Source: Candidatus Lambdaproteobacteria bacterium
GTDB lineage: Bacteria > SAR324 > JACQKK01
Direction: 5' to 3'
DNA: 64,000 nt
Assembly: GCA_016204605.1 (NCBI GenBank)
Contig: JACQKK010000005.1
Span: 3,802 to 67,801, forward strand
The notes under the pieces are model-generated. The model was not told the origin of the DNA and ran no database searches. It saw nothing but the letters and a program-made list of their open reading frames with translations. Positions 57,290 through 64,000 of this stretch are shown here, piece by piece. A program made the translations under genes and the position numbers. Every line of letters starts with the position of its first letter. Position 1 is the stretch's first letter.

Positions 57290-57658
57290 TCAGGCGGGGC
57301 CGATCAGCTGTTTCAACTGTTCGGGCAGCAGGTGCAGATCGGCCTTGTCCAGCAGCCCCACGGCGAACTCGTTGATGAAGGCCAGCGATTCGCCGCCGAC
57401 GTTGGCGGCGCTGACGCAGATCACCGGCAGCGCCGCGAGCCGGGCATCCCAGCGGATGTTCTCCAGCACCTCGATGCCCGAGCGGTCCGGGAGCATGATA
57501 TCGAGCACGACGCAATCGGGCAGCCGTTCCTGGAGCAGCTTCAGCGCGCCGATGGCGCTGCTCGCCAGCCACACCTCGTAGCCCGCCCGGCGCAGCGTGA
57601 TGCCCATCAGATCCAGGAAATCCTGATGGTCGTCGATCACCAACACGGCTTTGGACAT
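57290..57658 (-). CDS. CheY-like single-domain response regulator
   Basis: MSKAVLVIDDHQDFLDL...VVLDIMLPDRSG...PVICVSA...LLDKAD. All receiver-domain key residues are present. Confidence 0.88.
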   Translation of the reverse strand: MSKAVLVIDDHQDFLDLMGITLRRAGYEVWLASSAIGALKLLQERLPDCVVLDIMLPDRSGIEVLENIRWDARLAALPVICVSAANVGGESLAFINEFAVGLLDKADLHLLPEQLKQLIGPA

Positions 57659-57720
57659 CTCTGCCCTCCGCGAGCTTGCGGGCGCCGGCGCGCCACGCTG
57701 CGGCGCAGCGCCGTTGACGG

Positions 57721-58473
57721 TCAGCGCGGACCGCCGTTCCAGCGGCCGGCCAGCTCGAGCAGCAGCGCGACCCCGACGCCGGTGGCGCCCTCGTCGGGGA
57801 CGTGGCCGATCCCCTACACGCCCCAGGCGGTACCGGCGATATCGAGGTGCACCCAGGGCACGGCGCCGGCCGCCTCCTCGGCGAGCCGAAGCGGCGTCAT
57901 CACGTTGCCGGGGTGGTGGCCGAGGTCGCGCGCACGGCAGATCGCCTCGCCGCGCACGACGCCGCGCTCCATCGAGGCGGCCGTGGCGGCGCGGGCCGGG
58001 TCTATCAGAGCAACGTCCGCCAGGTCGACTTTGTTCCCCGCCTCGGCGTTCTTCTTCTTGTACGGCCGGAACGCGTAGCCGCCCAGCAGCATGCCCTCCG
58101 CCAGCGTCTCGCCGATCCGCCCCTCGAGGCCGGGGGCCGCGCATGCGGGCACCCACGCGGCGGCGGCGAGGTTCAGCCCGGCGTGCTGCTTGGCGGCCTG
58201 CCCGGCCGCGCGCCGCAGCGTCTCCCGCTCGAGTGCATCGGCCTTGCCGAGGCCGATCAGCAGCAGGCGCGGCGCCGCCCCGCCGCGGGTGAGGACCAGC
58301 TGGCTCTGGCCGCGCTTGCCCCGGAAAACGCCGAGCGCGAGCGCGGCGCGCACCTCGCGCCGCAGCGCAGCGTCCAGCTCCGGCGGCGCCGCGCGGCGTT
58401 CCTCGCCCAGGAACAGCACGAGACAGCCCACCGGCTCCGGTGGCGGCCAGCTGGTGTGATAGGCGAATTTCAA
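57721..58473 (-). pseudogene. pepA: Leucyl aminopeptidase (PepA, M17) remnant: internal deletion plus nonsense codon
   Basis: The N-terminal domain is intact (TTG start at 58473 behind GGAGGA). The sequence then jumps from ...RDLGHHPGNVMTPLRLAEEAAGA straight to VPWVHLDIAGTAWGV, so about 280 aa of the catalytic domain are missing. An in-frame TAG (57814-57816) follows, and the C-terminal tail GIGHVPDEGATGVGVALLLEL continues in the same frame. Confidence 0.65.
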
Positions 58474-58507
58474 ACCGGTTCCTCCTGCGCGGGGGTCGGG
58501 CGGGTGG

Positions 58508-59461
58508 CTATCCCGCCAGCAGGGTCGGCAGCGGGAAGGAGACCTGCTCGTCCACCACCGGCAGCTCGCGCACCCGGGCGCCATGGCGGAGCGCCAGGTT
58601 GCGCACGAGCTCCTGCACGATCTCCTCCGGCGCCGAGGCCCCGGCGGAGATGCCCAGCCGCCGCACGCCCGCCAGGCAGGCCGGGTCGAGATCGGCATAG
58701 GATTCGACCAGGGTGGCCGCGACGCCGCGGGCCCGCGCCACCTCGACCAGCCGGTTCGAGTTGGAGCTGTTGGCCGACCCCACCACCAGGATCGCATCGA
58801 CCTGGGCCACCAGCTCGTGCACGGCATTCTGGCGGTTCTGCGTGGCGTAGCAGATGTCGTCCTTGCCGGGGCCGGCCAGCCGGGGGAAGCGCCGCTTCAG
58901 CACCTCGACGATGGCCCGGGTATCGTCCACGGAGAGCGTGGTCTGGGTCAGGTAGGCCACCCGCTCCGGGTGCGCCACCTGCACCCGCTCGGCATCCTCC
59001 GGCGTGCCGATGACGACGATCCGGTGGGGGGCCTCGCCCGAGGTGCCCTCCACCTCGACGTGGTTCTTGTGGCCGATCAGGAAGATCGTGCGTCCCTCCC
59101 GGTCGAACCGGCGCGCCTCCATGTGCACCTTGGTCACCAGCGGGCAGGTGGCGTCGACGACGGTGAAGGCGCGCCGCCGCGCTTCCTCGCGCACCGCCGG
59201 GGAGACGCCGTGGGCGGAAAAGATCAGCCGGGCGCCCGCCGGCACCGCGGCGAGCTCCTCGACGAATACCGCCCCCATCCGCTCCAGCCGCTCGACGACG
59301 TGTCGGTTGTGAACGATGGCGTGCTTGACATAAACGGGCGGGCCGAACTTCGCCAGTGCCCGTTCCACGATCTCGATGGCCCGCTCGACGCCGGCGCAGA
59401 AGCCGCGGGGGCGCACGAGCACGATCTCCTCCAGCCGCACGCCCGAACCGCTCATGACCAT
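58508..59461 (-). CDS. ispH: 4-hydroxy-3-methylbut-2-enyl diphosphate reductase
   Basis: RPRGFCAGVERAIEIVE...VYVKHAIVHNRHVV...SAHGVSP...VDATCPLVTKVH...TTLSVDDT...ICYATQNRQ...VVGSANSSNSNRL is canonical IspH with its three Cys ligands. Confidence 0.93.
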   Translation of the reverse strand: MVMSGSGVRLEEIVLVRPRGFCAGVERAIEIVERALAKFGPPVYVKHAIVHNRHVVERLERMGAVFVEELAAVPAGARLIFSAHGVSPAVREEARRRAFTVVDATCPLVTKVHMEARRFDREGRTIFLIGHKNHVEVEGTSGEAPHRIVVIGTPEDAERVQVAHPERVAYLTQTTLSVDDTRAIVEVLKRRFPRLAGPGKDDICYATQNRQNAVHELVAQVDAILVVGSANSSNSNRLVEVARARGVAATLVESYADLDPACLAGVRRLGISAGASAPEEIVQELVRNLALRHGARVRELPVVDEQVSFPLPTLLAG

Positions 59462-59814
59462 CCCCTGAGAGTCGCTGCCGCGCAAGGTCGGCGGGCGGGC
59501 ACAGGCCCCGCGCCCCGGCACGCGTGCCGCACGGCGAGGCGAATCCCCGCCGCAGCATCGGGGCGCGCGGCCGGACGCCCCAGCGCCCGCCGGCGCGGGG
59601 CCGCGTGGTCGCCCCATGGGACTGCGCCCGCCCCCGCAGCTTAGACGCTCGACCGAAAAAGGGCCAGACTCCGGCGGTGATCCGCGTTCCCCGCCCCCGC
59701 GCGTGAGGGCGCACCGACGGAAGATGCGATATCCTGCGTTTCGAGTCTCAGGGTGGCAAGGGCACGGTCGTCATCATGTCAGCGGTTCAGCACCAGCCGA
59801 ACGAGGAGCGCGCC

Positions 59815-60600
59815 ATGAACACGCGAACGGGGAACACTCGAACGGGCGGGAACGGGGGTCGACGCGGATTTCTCTCGATGGTCGGGGCCATGGCGGCGGG
59901 GGCGGCCTTGTACGCGCTGCCGCTGGTCGCGCCACCGCCGGTCGCTATTGCGCAGCCCGCGCCGGGCGGCGACCGCCTCAAGATCGGCATCATCGGCAGC
60001 GGGCGCATCGGCGGGACGCTCGGCGAGCTGTGGGTGAAGGCGGGCCACCAGGTGATGCTCTCCTCGCGCCACCCCGAGAACCTGAAGGAGCTGGTGACGC
60101 GACTGGGGCCGCTGGCGCGGGCCGGCACCCCGCGCGAGGCGGCCGCCTTCGGCGACGTGATCCTGGTCTCCGTTCCCTACGGGGCGCTCCCGCAGATCGG
60201 GCGCGACTACGCCGCGGAGCTGCGCGGCAAGGTCGTGCTCGATACCGGCAACCCCGTGGCGCGGCGCGACGGAGCCATGGCCGATGAGGCGAAGGCCAAG
60301 GGCACCGGCGTCGCCTCGGCGGAGTTCCTGCCCGGCGTGCGCCTCGTGCGCGCCTTCAACACCATTCCCTCGCGCCTGCTCCGCGGCGAGGCTCACCGCG
60401 CAGGGGAACGCATCGGCGTCCCGCTCGCCGCCGACGATGCGGAGGCGATGCAGATCGCCATGCGCCTGGTGAAGGATGCCGGCCACGAGCCGGTCGCGGT
60501 CGGCCCGCTGGCCCGCGCCAAGGAGTTCGACGTGGGCACCCCCGTCTACGCCAAGGGGCTCACCGCCCGCGAGGTGAAGAAGGGGCTCGGCATCGAGTAG
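59815..60600 (+). CDS. NAD(P)-binding F420-oxidoreductase/NpdG-like Rossmann protein with an apparent Tat signal peptide
   Basis: N-terminus MNTRTGNTRTGGNGGRRGFLSMVGAMAAGAALYALPLVAPPPVAIAQP (twin-arginine RRGFLS, hydrophobic core, AxA). This is followed by the dinucleotide fold KIGIIGSGRIGGTLG...VILVSVPYGA. GAGGAG SD. Confidence 0.7.
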   Translation: MNTRTGNTRTGGNGGRRGFLSMVGAMAAGAALYALPLVAPPPVAIAQPAPGGDRLKIGIIGSGRIGGTLGELWVKAGHQVMLSSRHPENLKELVTRLGPLARAGTPREAAAFGDVILVSVPYGALPQIGRDYAAELRGKVVLDTGNPVARRDGAMADEAKAKGTGVASAEFLPGVRLVRAFNTIPSRLLRGEAHRAGERIGVPLAADDAEAMQIAMRLVKDAGHEPVAVGPLARAKEFDVGTPVYAKGLTAREVKKGLGIE

Positions 60601-60756
60601 GGCGCGCGGCGGGGGCGCAGGGACTTATCCGCTCCCCGTCGTGCGCGCCGTGGTTCCATCCGCCGCACCCACCGCGCCCCAGGCGCCCGCTTTGCGTGTC
60701 CGTCCCCGGTCCCGTATCGTCGAAGTATAGCCAAGACCACAAGGGAGCGATCGACC

Positions 60757-60996
60757 ATGGACACGAAAGTGGCGAAGTGGGGCAACAGCATGGGGCTGCG
60801 GCTGCCCAAGCAGATCGTGACCCAAGCCGCGCTGCATCCCGGCGACGAGGTGACGATCGAGGTGCGGGAGGGCCGGATCGTCGTCACGAAGAAGCGGCGA
60901 CCGTACACCCTCGATGAGCTGGTGAGGCAGATGCGCCCGGATCAGCAGCACGAGGAAATCGATTGGGGTCACAGCGTTGGTGAGGAATTTTCGTGA
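60757..60996 (+). CDS. MazE/AbrB (SpoVT) family antitoxin-like DNA-binding protein, no cognate toxin downstream
   Basis: MDTKVAKWGNSMGLRLPKQIVTQAALHPGDEVTIEVREGRIVVTKK is the swapped-hairpin AbrB/MazE signature. Only a 5-codon ORF (GTGAATCGCGTTCGCTGA) follows before the AT-rich restriction gene. Confidence 0.8.
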   Translation: MDTKVAKWGNSMGLRLPKQIVTQAALHPGDEVTIEVREGRIVVTKKRRPYTLDELVRQMRPDQQHEEIDWGHSVGEEFS

Positions 60997-61017
60997 ATCG
61001 CGTTCGCTGAGTTCACT

Positions 61018-61815
61018 TCATAAGCCAAGGTCTTCTAACGTCAGCCGCTTTGTGGAACTTTGGCGTTTCGCCATCCGATACCTGTCCTTCGACGACGCGA
61101 GTTGGACGATGGCTCGCCAATCAATATTTCCATCGGGGCAAAAGGACTGGATGAATTCACCAGTGAATTGGTTTATTAACTTGTTATAGGCAACGTAGAA
61201 CTCTTCATTCCGCTCCCTCGCCATATGGCCCAGCGGCCCAATAATTTTCTTATAGAAGTCGTCATCACCAGAAATCAACTCCCAGAATGGTTGTCCGCAT
61301 AGCTTCAAATAGTTCTCATTCTTCTCAGGTTTGTTGTCTCGCCCATAGCAACAACCATTCACTGCAATGATATTTGTCGTGCTCCGACCGGATCCACGGA
61401 TTCGCTTGGCTTTATTGAAATTGTCGATCAATTTCTTGATCTGACTGCTATTTCCCCAATTGGGCCCTGACTTGATCGATACAATATACTCTATGCCATC
61501 CCGCCCGAATTCAAGGTCAATCCCTTCAGCGGAAGACTTATGGCCGTGGAATACTCGGCCACACACAAAGATCGCAAGTTCCTCTAGGAAGGTTCCAAAT
61601 GCCGTTTCCTCACTGGACGACAAGTGGGCATCGACGATGCTACGCACGAACTGCTCTGCGGTCGTGATATTCTTGGCTCGGAATAAGTAACTATTCTTAC
61701 GCTGTATCAATTTTTGCAACTCAAGTGCCTGAACGCTCTCCAGCCGCTTCCTATGGAATAGAGAGATATTCTCCTCAACAAATTTAATAATTTCGTCGTC
61801 ATTGATGCCAGTCAT
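61018..61815 (-). CDS. Probable type II restriction endonuclease (AT-rich gene)
   Basis: 265 aa, translationally coupled to the methyltransferase (TAA-a-ATG). It has a PD-(D/E)xK-like stretch GIDLEF...IEYIVSIKSGPNWGNSSQ. I believe it resembles Eco47II/PmeII-type enzymes, but I cannot verify that. Confidence 0.6.
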   Translation of the reverse strand: MTGINDDEIIKFVEENISLFHRKRLESVQALELQKLIQRKNSYLFRAKNITTAEQFVRSIVDAHLSSSEETAFGTFLEELAIFVCGRVFHGHKSSAEGIDLEFGRDGIEYIVSIKSGPNWGNSSQIKKLIDNFNKAKRIRGSGRSTTNIIAVNGCCYGRDNKPEKNENYLKLCGQPFWELISGDDDFYKKIIGPLGHMARERNEEFYVAYNKLINQFTGEFIQSFCPDGNIDWRAIVQLASSKDRYRMAKRQSSTKRLTLEDLGL

Positions 61816-61816
61816 T

Positions 61817-62644
61817 TTACTTGCTCTCCAAGAGAGGCAATTGAATGCTGGTCAAATTCTGCTTCGCCAGCGCCACATTCTCCTCCAGCACCTCGATCCC
61901 GATGCAGTTCCGGCCCAGCTCCAGCGCGGCCACGGCGGTGGTGCCGGAGCCGAGGAAGGGGTCGAGCACCCAATCCCCAGCACGGGTGAAGAGCCGGATG
62001 AACCAGGCGGGCAGCTCCTTGGGGAAGACGGCGCTGTGGTTCCTGTTGCCGGTCTCCGTGGCCAGGTGCAGCACGTTGGTGGGGTAGGCCAGCTCCCGGC
62101 CGACCCAGCGCGAGACGTTCTTGCCGAAGCCGCTGCCGACCCGGGAGGGGTCGCGACGGCGGTCGGTGGCGCTCAGGTTCTTCAGGCGCGGTCCGGCCCA
62201 GTCGCCCATGGGCACCATCACTGCCTCCTGGTTCATGGTGAAGCTTTTCGTCTTGTTGAACTGGAGCAGGCGCTCCCAGGCGTCGCGGAAGCGGTTGGGC
62301 CACTTGCCGGGGTAGCAGTTCCGCTTGTGCCAGATGAACTCCTCCGTCCAGAGCCAGCCCTGACGGCGCATTTCCAGGATCAGCTCCAGCACATAGACGT
62401 GGCGCTCCCCGGCGACCACCTTCTCCTTGATGTTGAGGATGAAGGTGCCGCTGGGCTTGAGCACCCGCCGCAGCTCGGCCGCAATCGGGAGGAACCAGGC
62501 CACGTAGTCGTCGGGCCGGATGCCGCCGTAGGTGCGGGCGCGGCTGTCGGCATAGGGCGGCGAGGTGACGATCAGGTCGATCGAGTCGGCGGGCAGCCCG
62601 GCAAGCTTCTCCCGGCAGTCGCCCAGGATGATGCGCGATTCCAT
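61817..62644 (-). CDS. DNA methyltransferase, beta-class N4-cytosine/N6-adenine type (SPPY motif IV)
   Basis: Motif IV DLIVTSPPYADS precedes motif I VLDPFLGSGTTAVAA, which is the beta permutation. SPPY favours m4C. ATG at 62644 (MESRIILGDC). Confidence 0.85.
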   Translation of the reverse strand: MESRIILGDCREKLAGLPADSIDLIVTSPPYADSRARTYGGIRPDDYVAWFLPIAAELRRVLKPSGTFILNIKEKVVAGERHVYVLELILEMRRQGWLWTEEFIWHKRNCYPGKWPNRFRDAWERLLQFNKTKSFTMNQEAVMVPMGDWAGPRLKNLSATDRRRDPSRVGSGFGKNVSRWVGRELAYPTNVLHLATETGNRNHSAVFPKELPAWFIRLFTRAGDWVLDPFLGSGTTAVAALELGRNCIGIEVLEENVALAKQNLTSIQLPLLESK

Positions 62645-62748
62645 GGCGGCGCGGTTCCTCTTCCGTGAGTGCACTCGGGCTGCGGAGGATGTGGGGACCC
62701 CCCAGCCTCCACCCTAGCAAATCTGTCCCTGTTGGTCCACCCCCGTCT

Positions 62749-63396
62749 TTACAGTGCCCCCAGCGCCTCCTCGAACCGGGCGAGCGCGGCCACGGGATCG
62801 GGGGCGGCCCAGACGGCGGAGATGGCCGCCACCCCCCAGGCTCCGGCGGCGAGGCAGTCGCGGGCGCGGGCGGGCGTCACGCCCCCCAGCGCCAGCAGCG
62901 GGAGCGCCGTGCGGGCGGCCGCCTGCTCGAGAGCGTGCAGCCCCACCGGTGGGCCGTAGCCGGCCTTTGAGGGCGTCTCGTAGACGGGGCCGAAGGTGGC
63001 GAAGGCGGCGCCGGCGGCCTCGGCCGCCCGCACGCCCTCCGGCGAGTGGGTCGAGACGCCGTAGCGCAGCTGCGCCCGCAGCAGCGGCGCGTGGCGGGCC
63101 AACGGCAGGCTGTCTTCCCGCAGGTGCACCCCCGCCAGCCCCAGGCTCAGCGCCAGATCGGCCCGGTCGTTGAGGAACAGCGCGCAGCCGTGGCCCGCCG
63201 GCAGCGCCGCCAGCAACGCCTCGCAGAAGCGGGCCAGGTCGGCTGGCGATAAGTCCTTCTCCCTCACCTGCACCGCGCGCAGCCCCGCGGCCACGAGCCG
63301 CGGCAGCACGGTCGCCGGCGCCGGGCGCCTCGCCGCCCGGTCCGCGAGCCGGTCCGTGATCAGGTAGAAGCGGAAGGGGAGAGGCGGAGCGGCCAT
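62749..63396 (-). CDS. thiE: Thiamine-phosphate synthase
   Basis: FYLITDR...AVQVREKDLS...LFLNDRADLA...GVHLRED...GVSTHS...ATFGPVYETPSK...LALGGV follows the ThiE pattern. Confidence 0.88.
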   Translation of the reverse strand: MAAPPLPFRFYLITDRLADRAARRPAPATVLPRLVAAGLRAVQVREKDLSPADLARFCEALLAALPAGHGCALFLNDRADLALSLGLAGVHLREDSLPLARHAPLLRAQLRYGVSTHSPEGVRAAEAAGAAFATFGPVYETPSKAGYGPPVGLHALEQAAARTALPLLALGGVTPARARDCLAAGAWGVAAISAVWAAPDPVAALARFEEALGAL

Positions 63397-63460
63397 GAGG
63401 GGTCGAACACCGTTCCCTGGTCGCAGGCCGTCCGGCTGCGATTGTGTGCCGGAGTCGTTC

Positions 63461-63631
63461 TGCCTCCCCCCTTGCGGGGGAGGGCCGGGGTGAGGGCGCA
63501 GGCCCCCTCACCCCGGCGCCTACGTCGCCACCCCTCCCCCCGCGTCCGGGAGAGGGGATCGGCCACGAATTGCCACCAGAACGATCTCCCCTCTCCCGGA
63601 CGCGGGAGAGGGGCCGGGGGTGAGGGCGCGC
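63461..63631. repeat. Cluster of REP-like G-rich palindromic elements (family C)
   Basis: ctccccccttgcgggggagggccggggtgagggcgc, cccctccccccgcgtccgggagagggg and ctcccctctcccggacgcgggagaggggccgggggtgagggcgc. These are hairpins with a shared ggccgggg(g)tgagggcg tail, lying between thiG and thiE. Confidence 0.8.
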
Positions 63632-63633
63632 GC

Positions 63634-64000
63634 TTACCCTGCGCCGCCGCCGACCCGCCGCCCGTGGCGCTCACCCACCATGCCCACCGTGGGGCTGGAG
63701 GGGTCGGCGTAGGACTTGCGCGGGATGCGCCCGGCGAGGAAGGCCTTGCGACCGGCCTCGCAGCCTTGGCGCATGGCTTCGGCCATCAGCACGGGATCGC
63801 GGGCCTTGGCCACGGCGGTGTTGAGCAGCACGCCGTCGCAGCCCAGCTCCATGGCCAGCGCCACGTCGGAGGCGGTGCCGAGGCCGGCATCCACGATCAG
63901 CGGCACGGTGACCTTCTCCCGGATCAGCCGGAAGTTGTAGGGGTTCAGCACCCCCATCCCCGAGCCGATGGGCGAGCCGAGCGGCATCACCGCCACGCAC
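63634..64000 (-). CDS. thiG: Thiazole synthase (3' part; gene runs off the window)
   Basis: ...[73 protein letters not shown] is canonical ThiG. TAA stop at 63634. Confidence 0.9.
   Translation of the reverse strand, partial: CVAVMPLGSPIGSGMGVLNPYNFRLIREKVTVPLIVDAGLGTASDVALAMELGCDGVLLNTAVAKARDPVLMAEAMRQGCEAGRKAFLAGRIPRKSYADPSSPTVGMVGERHGRRVGGGAG

Noticed and set aside
57814-57816. The in-frame TAG in pepA as a recoding event (pyrrolysine or readthrough).
   Set aside because: The gene also lacks its whole catalytic core, and there are no Pyl genes or context. A nonsense mutation in a decaying gene is the simpler explanation.
60640-60690. A tRNA-like 3' fragment (gtggttccatccgccgcacccacc) that might mark an integration site for the mazE/R-M islet.
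   Set aside because: The T-loop deviates from consensus, no matching acceptor 5' strand or full cloverleaf could be found, and no integrase is nearby.
60994-61011. GTGAATCGCGTTCGCTGA as a toxin gene start overlapping the mazE stop.
   Set aside because: It has only five codons before a stop. I kept it only as evidence that a toxin gene may have been lost.

Overview
This is a 64-kb stretch of a high-GC chromosome (about two-thirds G+C by eye) with proteobacterial-type gene content. It is densely coding, with about 60 protein genes. I recognised no rRNA, tRNA, CRISPR array, transposase or integrase.

Backbone genes:
- Housekeeping and metabolism: prmC, tag, a tartrate-dehydrogenase-like gene, cfa, speA/speB, gatA, rsfS, carB, mgtE, ispH, thiE/thiG.
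- Transporters: a NitT/TauT-type ABC system behind a clear TPP riboswitch, PhnCDE, a ClC-CBS channel, a MacAB-type efflux unit behind an ECF sigma / anti-sigma / LTXXQ module, and FbpABC.

Three small accessory islets interrupt the backbone:
- About 3.7-5.1 kb: a low-GC RDD-family gene plus brnTA.
- About 47.3-48.9 kb: a second brnTA plus higBA.
- About 60.6-62.7 kb: a solo mazE-like antitoxin plus a restriction-modification pair whose endonuclease gene is strikingly AT-rich.

Several families of REP-like G-rich palindromic repeats fill intergenic gaps.

Main hunt result: four genes only make sense if an in-frame TGA is read as selenocysteine. In each case the TGA falls on the redox or catalytic Cys column of a recognisable family, and a hairpin follows the UGA.
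- A GrdB/PrdB-family protein with a U-x-x-C centre (24365-25264).
- An adjacent glutaredoxin-like protein with U-x-x-C (25278-25508).
- A SelW-like protein with C-x-x-U (30903-31124).
- A TVP38/DedA-family membrane protein fused to a rhodanese domain, with Sec in place of the catalytic Cys (50895-51923).

The GrdB-like/Grx-like pair is also bracketed by a roughly 46-nt direct repeat of the 3' end of the upstream dehydrogenase gene.

Limits: all family calls come from motif recognition by eye, with no database search. Start codons are often uncertain in this GC-rich DNA, and identities and GC statements are hand counts or visual estimates.
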